Source: Podarcis vaucheri
Taxonomy: Eukaryota
Strand: one strand, 5' to 3'
Length of the DNA stretch: 64,000 nucleotides
NCBI GenBank assembly: GCA_965113315.1
Contig: OZ220364.1
The notes under the pieces are model-generated. The model was not told the DNA's origin and searched no databases. It saw nothing but the letters and a program-made list of their open reading frames with translations. The first letter of the stretch is position 1. Each line of letters starts with the position of its first letter. The position numbers and the translations under genes were made by a program. Below, piece after piece: positions 13,378 to 23,666 of the stretch.

Positions 13378-15035
13378 ACTGTAGTAAGCAGGGTATAGTG
13401 AAATTGATGCCACCGCTGCAACTAGGCCATATTGTGGCAAGCACATGCATGTCTTTGTGTAAATTCAGGGGAATTTTTACCTCAGCAACTTGTTCCAAAT
13501 AATTCAAACATCCCTAAAAAGAGGACACCCAGCTAATAGAGCTCAAGAACCTGGATAACCTATTTGAAGTCTGCATAGTAAGATTTGTATTAAGTCCTTT
13601 CCCCCTATATGGCAGCTTGAGGTAAAATGGGGTGGGTCAGGAATGCTGCTGTACTGCAAAATGGATTTTTCAGGTTAATAATAATGCCCTGCTGATCAAA
13701 TTACATGAAGCGCTAAGGCAGAGGCAGGGAACCTCACCCCTCCCCAGGCCACACCCCTCACTGGCTCTGTATCACACCCTGGGCATTTTTGCCCGGCCAG
13801 AATATGTCCTTGAATTCTGACAAAGAGGCGTGGGTGTAACACAAGCTAGCTTACCATGCAAAGCTAAAATGTGTGGTCATTGTGCCACCCACTTCTGCCT
13901 CTGCCTCTGCCCCCCACCAGCAGGCGGCCCTTGAATGTTTCCCTTAGACTTAACAACATTTCCCATCTTTGTGCTAAGGGGTTCTCTTTTACTTTCCTAG
14001 TGAACCAGGGCTGGTCCTAAGGCAAAAAGCAAGATATCCCCATCCCCTGCCATGTTATGTTAAAACTTTCTTCAGCACTAACAATGGGGAATCATCCTCT
14101 ATCACACTTGAAGGCAGCAGACTGCTTTAGAAAGGGGGCAGGTGATGAAGCACACCCGGCCCTGTCTGGCAACATCTTGACATTGTTTCCTGCCCCAAAG
14201 TGTCTGTGGAAGCCAACTCAGTCTGTCTAATGGTAGGGCTGGTCCTGCTTCTAACCTCACCCTAGTACTTCATCATCGTCATCAACTCATCCTCCTCATA
14301 GGGATTCCACTTTTCTTTGCACCCTCTCACCCTAACCCCTTTATAATTCTTAGAGCAGGGAGAGGGAGCCCTTGGCCATATGTGGCTGGACTTCAACTCC
14401 TATCAGCCCCAGTGAGCATGGCCAGCAGTTATGGATGATGGAAGTTGTATCCAGTGATGTTTGAGAGGACCACTGTTTCCTCGTCACTAGTTTATCCCTG
14501 TATTGTTTCATATGCATCCCCATTCTGTAATATGGCATATGAAAAGTCACAAATGGGAAGTGATTGTCCTTTGCATGAGGGAACACTGGCAATTCCTCCA
14601 CTTCCACATTGTTTTATGGAACCTTTGTGAATTAGTCATAGCTAATATGGGGAAACATTTCTCATATGCCTTTTAGAATATGCCCACATGTCTGGTTTCC
14701 GAAAGCCACCTCTGCAGCCATAAGGAGAGTTTGCTTTCAGTTCACATCTGAAATCCATTCCACTTTGCATCAAATCTATGACAAAGCTGTGCCATCTAGT
14801 GGATTTTGCATGTAAGACCCACTGTTTCCTAGAACATATTCCAGTAAGGTAGCCTTCTTAGCTTCAGGGAGGGGGGGGGGACCCGATATAATTGTTAGTC
14901 TTTAAAAGTGCCACAAAACTTTAATTTTTTTCTTCACAAAGACCTAGAGTGCCTTCTGTTCATGTGAGCAAAACTGTCAAGGCAAGGTCATCTGAGTAGA
15001 CTCAAGGAGAGTTCAGCATGTCCTGAAATGGTCAT

Positions 15036-15164
15036 AACAAAATAAAAAAATTCCTTCCAGTAGCACCTTAGAGACCAACTAAGTTTGTTATTGGTATGAG
15101 CTTTCATGTGCATTTTTAAGTTTTGTTTAGACTACGGCAGACCAACACGGCTATCTACCTGTAA
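15036..15164. mobile_element. Penelope-like element terminal remnant
   Basis: CCAGTAGCACCTTAGAGACCAACTAAGTTTGTTATTGGTATGAGCTTTC, shared with the copy at 46240-46424; flanking CTGAA(A/G)TGGTCAT direct repeat; family assignment from memory of reptile PLE ends. Confidence 0.65.
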
Positions 15165-15628
15165 CTGAAGTGGTCATGTCATGATAACTAAAACTGCGTG
15201 TCCAGCCCAAAACTCAGACCCAAAACCCATTTACTGCGAGCACAGTAAATGGGTAGTGAGCCAGACAGACACTTATCCAAGGACTCAAACTAAACTAAAA
15301 AGAGGTGGTGGGGGTCACTTCAATGCAAACCACACTCTGCACTGATGCTTCTACTCAATATAAATTATCCTCACCTTGCTAATTTGGTTATGTAAAGTTG
15401 TCAGCTCCCGGGTGTTACTTCCACAAAAATACATACAATTGTGTCGGCATCTTCCATGCTGCCTTGGTCATCCTGTACCTTAATGTAAGGCCACCATACC
15501 ATCTGTTACCGTCCAAATATAATCTCAGCATACAAGCAGGGTTATGTGGGAGAAGGTGGTCCTTCCTGTATCCAGGTCACAAGCAGGGGAAACCATTTCC
15601 TTGTCTTTTATTAATCCTTACATGTAGC

Positions 15629-16394
15629 CAGTGCTTTTTTCTGGGGGGATGCAGGGGTACGCGTACCCCTAAACATTTTGTGAATCTAATGGGAGAAGAA
15701 ACTTAAAAAAAAATTAGTTTCTTCTCTAGCATGGTGAATTGTCAGTTCCATTGTTACCCCTGATGTGGCCTCATTTCCTGTCACAGTGTTTCCTGAGTCT
15801 CAGATGAAAGTGAGCGTTTAATGTGTGAAGCAGGAGTTGCAATCTAGCACGCTGATTGGTCAGTTTTGTTGTTACCACCTCTGATGATGGCTTCATTTCC
15901 TTTCCTGGTGTTTCCCGAGTCTCTGATGGAAGTGAGCTTTTAGTGTGTGAATCAGTGTGGAATGTTGATATGTGGTGTTTTACTGATTAAAGTTTGGCCT
16001 CATTGTGGAAGTTACTGTGAGCTGTCAGCTGTGTAATATGAGGTAATGCATGTTTTTAGTACTTTTGTCCATTTACTGTATTTACTTTTCCCAATTTGAA
16101 CTATAAAATGGTGATTTTCTTGAGTCAAAATGAGAGTACAGTGGTACCTCGGGTTAAGAACTTAATTCTTTCTGGAGGTCTGTTCTTAACCTGAAACTGT
16201 TCTTAACCTGAGGTACCACTTTAGCTAATGGGGCCTCCTGCTGCCGCCATCACACAATTTCTGTTCTTATCCTGAAGCAAAGTTCTTAACCCAAGGTACT
16301 ATTTCTGGGTTAGCGGAGTCTGTAACCTGAGGTGTCTGTAACCCAAGGTACCACTGTACCCCTAAACATTTTTTTGTTTTTTAAAAAAACACTG
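15629..16394. mobile_element. Non-autonomous hAT element carrying a nested Tigger-like MITE
   Basis: TIR CAGTGCTTTTTT / AAAAAAAACACTG; perfect 8-bp TSD CATGTAGC (15621-15628, 16395-16402); subterminal GTACCCCTAAACATTTT at both ends. Confidence 0.88.
16139..16356. mobile_element. Tc1/mariner (Tigger-like) MITE nested in the hAT element
   Basis: TA-CAGTGGTACCTCGGGTTA ... TAACCCAAGGTACCACTG-TA. Confidence 0.88.
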
Positions 16395-18189
16395 CATGTA
16401 GCCCGTGAGTTAGGTCGCCATTGCTTCCATTTTACAGATAAGCAAATCCAGGAGTTGGATGCAGCAAGGGAGGTTGGCTCAAGGAAACATGCCATTGCAT
16501 ACAGAGATTTTCTATGGACACAGATAGACAATGTTCATTCAGGTCCCATGGAATTGTCTGGATGTAGCTGTCAATGTGAATGAGTATACTTGCTGTATGT
16601 GGCTGGAGCCAGTGATACGGCAAAGGCCACAAATGTCTCATAAGGATGAACAGAGACTGGAACACAGGCTGCCAATGTGAAAAACAGCAATGCCCAGCTG
16701 TCAACCCAACAAACTGCACACTGCATATGTCAGGCAGACACTATTTTGGCTAACAATATAGTTGCATGATCAGCCATGCCAGTTAAGAAAAGTACTGATG
16801 CTTCAAATATTACATGTGCTAAGATAGCTTAATGTTTGCAGGTGGTAGCTATCCCCTGCTCTTCTTTTGCTCAGATGGCATTGCAATAGCCTTTGGTATC
16901 ATATGCACTTAACCCTGACAGATGGAAGCTTTCAAAATAGACACAAATCCTCATGGGAGTATTCCATAATGATTGCATTGCTAAGCCTAAGGAAGGCAGG
17001 CCAAGTCTGCAGCAGACTAGGTCAGGCCCGGCACCACCACACAGCATGTTTGGGGCAAATACTGGGGACCACAGCAGAGTATTACTTGTGAGTGGATCCA
17101 TGCTGGTGGTTATACCTGTAGGAGGATATTGCTGCAGAGTATAATGAAATACTTTTGTGTGGTTTTTGTGTGGTTTTCAGCTTGTGCGTTTGGAGAAGTA
17201 AGTTTCCATTGTTGCGATGTAACCAAGGAAGTCAGTGGGAGTGGGACGACATCTGTCAATCTGTTTTGAGGGATTCTTTCAAGCCTCCTAAGCAGATTGA
17301 GGGAAGGTGTGGAGAGAGAAGTAGGAAGGGGAAATGGCTAGGCTCAAATGGAGGTGGTAGCTACTCATAAAAAAATCATTCACTGTAAAAAGAAAGAAAC
17401 CTCTGCAATCAGAGCGGTGTGTTTGTTTTTGGTGGCAGGAGAGAAATAGGAATAAACACATTGGCACCATTCTTGAAGAAAGTAGCTAAATCAACAAATC
17501 AGCAAGCCAGGTTGACACCTGGGAATATGATTCATGTTCTCACAAGCTCACTGATACTCCCACCACCTACACATCTTTAGTATCAGGCAAACTATGGCAC
17601 AGAAAAAATGAGCAGCAGGTAGTGCTGCTGAGGCTTTCTAAGAGGAAATGAATTATATATGCACTAATGTGCTGCAATGAGAATAATGCTCCTTGTCACT
17701 TTAAAAAGTGGCCCATTTGTAATACCAGCTGGGGAACAGTGAGTGAATAATAAGCAGACAACCCACTTCACTGTCTTCCTTGGATCAGAAAGCAAAAAGA
17801 ATAATCTTTTCCTTCCTGCTTACCCGCACAGGTGGGAAAAGCAGTGCAACATGGTCAGCCTTATTAAAATAGTGGCTACGCACATGTCCATTTCATTTTC
17901 TACCCATTTGTTTTTCTACATGACACCCAATGTAAGCTTTTAGTAAGATTGAACTGGCTGAGAATATGAAATAGGGCAAATATAGCAGCAGCAACAACAA
18001 CAACAACTGGGCTTTGTTCTCCACACAGGACAAGTATTTGAGGTTTTGGTTTTCAACCATCATAATTTCTAGGATATCTGACACTAAATTTGTGGACAGT
18101 GATGTAGCATCAAATACAAAGGCCCATTAACCCTCATCGATCATTAAATGGTAAAAAGTACATCCTACTAACTTGTTGGCATCCTGTAC

Positions 18190-18865
18190 CTAGCTATAGT
18201 TCTGGATGCCACACTTTAAGAAGTATATAAACTAACTGGAACAGGTTCCAAAGAGGGCAGTAAAGGTGATCAGCAGTATGGAAAACAAGTCCTATGATGA
18301 AAAGTTGAAGGAAATGGGCATGTTCAGCCAGGAGGAAAGAAAGGTGAGATGGGACTCTCCAAATAGGAGAAGGTCTGTCACATAGAAGAGGCAAGGACTT
18401 GCTTTCAACTTCCCCAGAAGACAGGCCTAGATATAATGCTCTTAAATTAAAGGTAAAGGGTAAAGGGACCCCTGACCATTAGGTCCAGTCATGGCTGACT
18501 CTGGGATTGCGGCGCTCATCTCGCTTTATTGGCCAGGGAGCCAGCGTACAGCTTCCAGATCATGTGGCCAGCATGACTAAGCTGCTTCTGGCGAACCAGA
18601 GCAGCACACGGAAACGCCATTTACCTTCCCACCGGAGCGGTACCTATTTATCTACTTGCACTTTGACGTGCTTTCGAACTGCTAGGTTGGCAGGAGCTGG
18701 GACAGAGCAACGGGAGCTCACCCCGTCACGGGGATTCGAACTGCCGAGCTTCTGATCGGCAGGTTCTAGGCTCTATGGTTTAGCCCACAGCGCCACCCGC
18801 GTCCCGGTCTTAAATTACGGGAGGATAAATTTCTGTTGAACTTTAGTAGAATGTTGATTCTTAGC
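18190..18865 (+). mobile_element. CR1 LINE 3' ORF2 fragment, split by the Sauria SINE
   Basis: Degenerate FW.PHFKK...LEQVPKRAVKVI...ENKSYDEKLKEMGMFS, typical of the CR1 ORF2 C-terminus; resumes after the SINE TSD; ends approximate. Confidence 0.75.
18450..18805 (-). mobile_element. Sauria SINE inserted into a CR1 fragment
   Basis: Same family, reverse orientation; TSD TCTTAAATTA at 18440-18449 and 18808-18817. Confidence 0.92.
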
Positions 18866-18867
18866 AA

Positions 18868-19015
18868 AGTGTGGCGGTTAGTGTGTTTGAATTGGATCTG
18901 GAGAGACCAGGGTTCAAACGCCAACTCAGCCATGAAACTCACTGGATGACTGTGCACCAGGCACTGTTTCTCAGCTGAATCTGCCTCATCGGGTGGTTAT
19001 GAGGATAAGATATGG
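18868..19015 (+). mobile_element. Older tRNA-derived squamate SINE (Squam3/MIR-like)
   Basis: A-box-like TGGCGGTTAG, B-box GGTTCAAAC at 18911, then CAGCCATGAAACTCACTGG and CCTCA..GGGTGGTT.TGAGGATAA core. Confidence 0.6.
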
Positions 19016-19061
19016 AGCGAGAAAAATCTGTATCCTGTGAAATGATCTAAAATAATATAAA

Positions 19062-19833
19062 TGGAGGCAATATGGCGCGGGCCATGGCACAGCAGAACTC
19101 CTGAAGGCAGCCAGCATTAACTGCGCTGCCTGGCAGGCTCCCGGGCCACCAGGATTGCTGCCGCTAACGCCGTCACCGGGTTGAACTGGGGGCACCCAGC
19201 GGGTCAACCGGGGGAGCCGCCAAACACTCCCTCAGCGATCCTCATTGAGCCAGGGCTGAGAACACCCGCCCATGAGCCGGTGGAGCTCTGGGGCCTGGAG
19301 GCCTAAGGAGCCAGCAGAAAAAGAAGAAAAAAGGAGAAAGGAGCCCCAGCCTCCCCAGCTTACTGTTGTCGCTGCTGCTGCTGCCAACGACACAAAGGGA
19401 GAACAGAGGTAGGAGAGCACCGGGAGGGCCAGTGAGGCCGCGAAAAACCACGCAGTCAAGCCCAGGCCTGACCTAAGCCTACCTCCACAGTGGCTAATGT
19501 GCCTAGAGCAGGCTGGGACCCAGAGGGAAGCAGAACAACAGAGGACTCCCTGCAAGAAAAGAGAACGCAGCTTAACACCATCCCAAAAACCCTATTTTTA
19601 TTTTTTAGGTTCCCCACCCGCAGTATTTTTCATTTTTTCCAATTTAAAAAATAAAACAAAAACAAAACACGTCCCCCCCATTTTCCCCATTTTTAAATAT
19701 TTTCCTTTTTAAGGGGGGGCACTGCTGTTGCAGCCACTTTTTACTCATATTTTTACTTTTTAAATCCCAATTCCCTCCCCCCCTTTCTTAAAAAAATATA
19801 TTAATAAATAAATCTCTTTTTTCCCCTTCTCCT
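19062..19833 (+). mobile_element. TSD-flanked GC-rich insertion resembling a LINE-1 5' UTR (unclassified)
   Basis: 14-bp direct repeat TAAAATAATATAAA at 19048-19061 and 19834-19847; starts GGAGGCAATATGGCG (YY1-like); CpG-rich 5' half, homopolymer-rich 3' half. Confidence 0.55.
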
Positions 19834-20289
19834 TAAAATAATATAAAGGTAAGTTTTTTATTTTTAAAAACCCCAGTAAAAGAGCATGGAATATACCCAC
19901 GTCAAATGTTTATCAAAGCATTCAGAGAGTCTGTGCAGTGACACCACCCTGTCATTAACTCCCAGAACTGCAAAGGCAATTTTCTATGAAGTTTGCACCT
20001 GTAGCACCTGGAGTGGAGCTTTTTGATTTCTACATATTTTTGGCATGATTGCAGAATTATTTTAGCCAATGGCCCAAGTTCAAATTAGCATCGAAATCAG
20101 AAAACCATTCAGTCCTGCTGTTTACTCTAATAAATGTCCAGAGATTAGCTGCACATTATCGTTTGTAAAAAATAATAATAGTAATAAAAGGAATCAGGCA
20201 CAGCATTTTTGAGTTTTACATCATTTATGGAAGAATCACTTTAATTACTCCATGGGGCTGCTACACTGGTTATTAGACTTGCTAATAAG

Positions 20290-20350
20290 CAGCAGGCTAC
20301 GTGCTCCCACCAGGGGACTGTCAATCAAAGCCGTCGCAGGTATATAGCAA
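20290..20350 (+). promoter_or_regulatory. Candidate GPR151 proximal promoter
   Basis: CTGTCAATCA (reverse complement of the PBX-MEIS/PREP decamer TGATTGACAG) 20318-20327, overlapping ATCAAAG (TCF/LEF-type), TATATAG at 20341, ~200 nt before the ATG. Confidence 0.5.
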
Positions 20351-20548
20351 TGAGAGGGTCTGGCTAGAACCACATGTACTGTATCAAGGCTTTTCGCAGA
20401 GGTTTTGTATTACTTACAGAATGGTAGATTTTCCTCACCCACAGAGGGCTTAAAGGAGACAGAACGGCGCAAGGAGGATTTACCTCCCATTGGCGTGCAT
20501 CATCAACAATAACAGAGGCTTTGGTGGACAGAATCTCCCTTCAGCACC

Positions 20549-21784
20549 ATGAACAGTTCCCTGGCTTTACCAATCCATTATGCAGGAGGCTATGAGCCCC
20601 AGGATTCCAAGGAGTGGAAGGTGGTGATCCCAGCCTTCTTAGGGGTGATCTGCCTGGCTGGCTTTGCAGGGAATGTGTGTGTCATTGGGATCCTACTGTA
20701 CAACTCCAAGAAAGGGAAGCCGTCCATGATCCACTCCTTGATCCTCAACCTCAGCCTGGCAGACCTGCTCCTCGTCCTCTTTGTTGTGCCCTTCAGGGCA
20801 GCGGCTTACTCCAGAGGAGCCTGGTACCTGGGGTGGTTTCTTTGCAAAACCTCCGACTGGTTCCGACACGCTTGCATGACAGCCAAGAGCTTGACCATCG
20901 CTGTGGTTGCCAAGACTTGCTTCATGTATGCAAATAACCCGGCTAAGCAGGTGAGCATCAAATGGCACACCATCTGCGTTGTGCTGCTGGCGATTTGGCT
21001 GCTGGCCTTGGGGATCCCGCTGCCTTTGTGGTTCTTCAGCAGCCTCTGGGAGCCAGAGGTAGGCTCTGCTTTGTGCATCGTGATCATTCCAGCCCATGCT
21101 CACGAGTTTATGTCAGCCTTTGTCAAGCTTTATCCCCTGCTGGTCTTTTGCACCCCCCTCACTTTTGCTCTCTTTTATTTCTGGAGAGCTTATGGCAGAT
21201 GCCAGCGGAGGGGGACCAAGACTCAGAACCTGAGGAACCAGATCAGATCCAGGTGCCTGACTATGATGCTTCTGAGTGTTACTGTCACCTCTGCCGTGAT
21301 GTGGCTTCCTGACTGGATATCTTGGCTGTGGGTCTGGCACCTGAAGAAGGGTGGGCCTGCTCCCCCACAAGGATTCATGGCCACTACCCAGGTCCTGATG
21401 TTTGCCATCTCTTCGGCCAACCCTCTCATCTTTGTACTGATGTCAGAAGAGTTCAGGGAGGGTTTCAAAGGCTTGTGGAAAAGGCTTACGCTGAAGAAAC
21501 CGCTGCCTGCCGCAGAAGATCAGGAGGAAACAGTGGTTGACAACACGGAGGAAGCCCCAGATTCTGTTCCTTCTCCAGAGGTAGTGACTCCTGATGTAGA
21601 AAAAGAGCCCCCCTCCGTCCCTCAAACCTCAGAAAGCATGGAAATCAAGAAGGAGATGCCCATTTTGCCAGATGTTGAACAATTCTGGCACGACAGGGAA
21701 GCAGTCCCTGATGCTCAAGACAATGACCCTATTCCTTGGGAACATGAAGGGCAAGAGACAGTAGGTTGTGATCAACAGAACTGA
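20549..21784 (+). CDS. GPR151: G protein-coupled receptor 151 (orphan, galanin-receptor-like class A GPCR), single coding exon, 411 aa
   Basis: 7 hydrophobic segments; GN (TM1), LSLADL (TM2), WLP (TM6), NPLIF (TM7); family-typical KGKPSMIHSLILNLSLADL, RGTKTQNLRNQIRS, GPAPPQGF and C-terminal ILPDVEQFWH/DNDPIPWEHE; ACCATGA start with in-frame TAA at 20510; adjacent to TCERG1 as in other amniotes. Confidence 0.97.
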   Translation: MNSSLALPIHYAGGYEPQDSKEWKVVIPAFLGVICLAGFAGNVCVIGILLYNSKKGKPSMIHSLILNLSLADLLLVLFVVPFRAAAYSRGAWYLGWFLCKTSDWFRHACMTAKSLTIAVVAKTCFMYANNPAKQVSIKWHTICVVLLAIWLLALGIPLPLWFFSSLWEPEVGSALCIVIIPAHAHEFMSAFVKLYPLLVFCTPLTFALFYFWRAYGRCQRRGTKTQNLRNQIRSRCLTMMLLSVTVTSAVMWLPDWISWLWVWHLKKGGPAPPQGFMATTQVLMFAISSANPLIFVLMSEEFREGFKGLWKRLTLKKPLPAAEDQEETVVDNTEEAPDSVPSPEVVTPDVEKEPPSVPQTSESMEIKKEMPILPDVEQFWHDREAVPDAQDNDPIPWEHEGQETVGCDQQN

Positions 21785-23660
21785 AGTTAGAAAGCTGATA
21801 TATATATATAATCATAATTTTGTTGCTTACTTGGAGTAATGCTGAACTGGGTATACTACTTTAGTTTTACACCTTTGCATGTGTGCTTGGGACTTATCGA
21901 CATCTTCAGAATTAATGTAATGAACAAATGCAACTGTCAGTTAATCATTCCAGTTATTCTGCTCTGAGATTTTTATTTCTCATTTTACTTAAAATGCATG
22001 TCTTGTACTTTCAGATGGTGATTTAAGTTAAAATTTCAGGAAGGAAAAAATAGTAATTTGGTTACATTTGCAAAGTAGCTTTGCATCAAGAAGTGAGCTG
22101 AAATTGCATGAGATGACTATAAAACAGAAGGGCTTTGTGCTTATTTATAATACATACTCTGTATATAGGTTTTGTAGGCACGCTTTGGGGTGAACAATTA
22201 TGGCTTTGAACAGGTTTTGACCAATTCAAAAAGAAGGGCAGAGCAAAAGGTGTAATTTGGTTTTAACTAATGAAGCAGTATGCATGACAGGTTCTCTCAT
22301 TATTACACTTAATATGTATTAAACATGCTCAAAGAAAATGTGGCTCATGTTTTTCTGCTAACCGATCAGCCTTCTTAATGGGCTTGCCACTTCACACGAA
22401 TAACAGAAATTAGCTTTATAGTCTAAGTATAGTGTTCCAAACCAGGTGTGTAGAAATCTTCCTTTCCACTGTATAGTCATTTAGCAATTAATATAACATT
22501 TGTATTTGGCAGCAAGGCAAGTTTTGAACAAGAGCCACTTACATCAAATGCACCAGGACCTTATTATGCAACCGGTATATATATTTTTCCAAAGCTTACA
22601 TCATTTATATATTACTTTATCTCTCAATTGTAGATACAGTTGCATGTTTCATCTTCATATGAGGACTCACTCGCTCTCATTTAAAATACTGTTTTTGAAA
22701 AGAGCAAGTGAGTTACTGATTGAGTTCTATCATCAGGTGTGGCTCATATCCACAGTTCTGGAAATAAACTTTTGTATATGCAGCACAGGATTAGTCTTAT
22801 TTCAGTGCAAGGCAACATGCATTATCCATCACATAGCAATACTGTTCACAGCTGCTGAAGCACATTTGTATATGAAAGGAAAAACTGACTCCAGCAAACT
22901 AGCTTTTAAAACGTTAAGTGCTATTCATCCTTATAGGTTTTCTGAGTGCTTAAAGGTGGAACTGTACATACATACATAAAAAGTTCAGGGGATTAAAGTT
23001 ACAGTTCAGATCTTGCAGCTATTCGATTCCGATGTATTGATGACATTTTAATTGGTACACATCCCTCTGAAACGAACAGGGACACAACAACTGTTCCTGG
23101 AAACATTTTAAATGCATAGAACTGTTAACAGGGCTGGCCAAAGACATTTCTGTTGCCTCTAGTGGCTACTACACTGTGAGATTCAATGTGTTTGCCTTAG
23201 GCTGCATTAATAGAACTGAGGACATTGGGGAGTAACAATGTATATTGTGGATGAAATCCAGTGCTGCCTTTTCTGCTAGCAGAACAGATGTTGATCCAGG
23301 GGAGAGGGTCTTTTACCATACAATGAAAAAGAATTTTCACTGCTTCCCCTTTCCTCCTGCGGCCTCCTGCAAGTCTGTTCAGGAAGTTGGCAGATCCTCC
23401 AGAAAAGTGTTAGGTGGCAAAGCAGGCTGAGTGGGAAGTGGCAGAAATCACCTCCCCCTTTTACATTAGCAGATTATTCCACTGGATCAAAACCTGGAAC
23501 AGCAACACTGCGTTTTGCCAAATAAGAGTTGTGCTTCTGTGACATTGCAAAATATCCTGAGATGCAGCTCTTGGATCACGTGCTACTGTATTTTTGCTTG
23601 TAAAAAAATTGCAAACCCGAAGAACTACTTAGATTATGTGTGATTAAACATGCCAGTTTC

Positions 23661-23666
23661 AATAAA
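23661..23666 (+). terminator. Candidate GPR151 polyadenylation signal (AATAAA)
   Basis: First canonical AATAAA I found after the stop, with GT/T-rich sequence downstream; ATTAAA variants occur earlier. Confidence 0.4.

Noticed and set aside
1-19000. PPP2R2B 3' exons expected from synteny
   Set aside because: No recognisable B55-type WD40 peptide in the ORF track or by inspection; the gene presumably ends outside the window
20614-21625. Alternate-frame and antisense ORFs within GPR151
   Set aside because: Expected shadows of a GC3-rich coding sequence; short and fragmented
22500-22979. 159-aa ORF downstream of GPR151
   Set aside because: TTG start, AT-rich UTR-like composition, no recognisable domain
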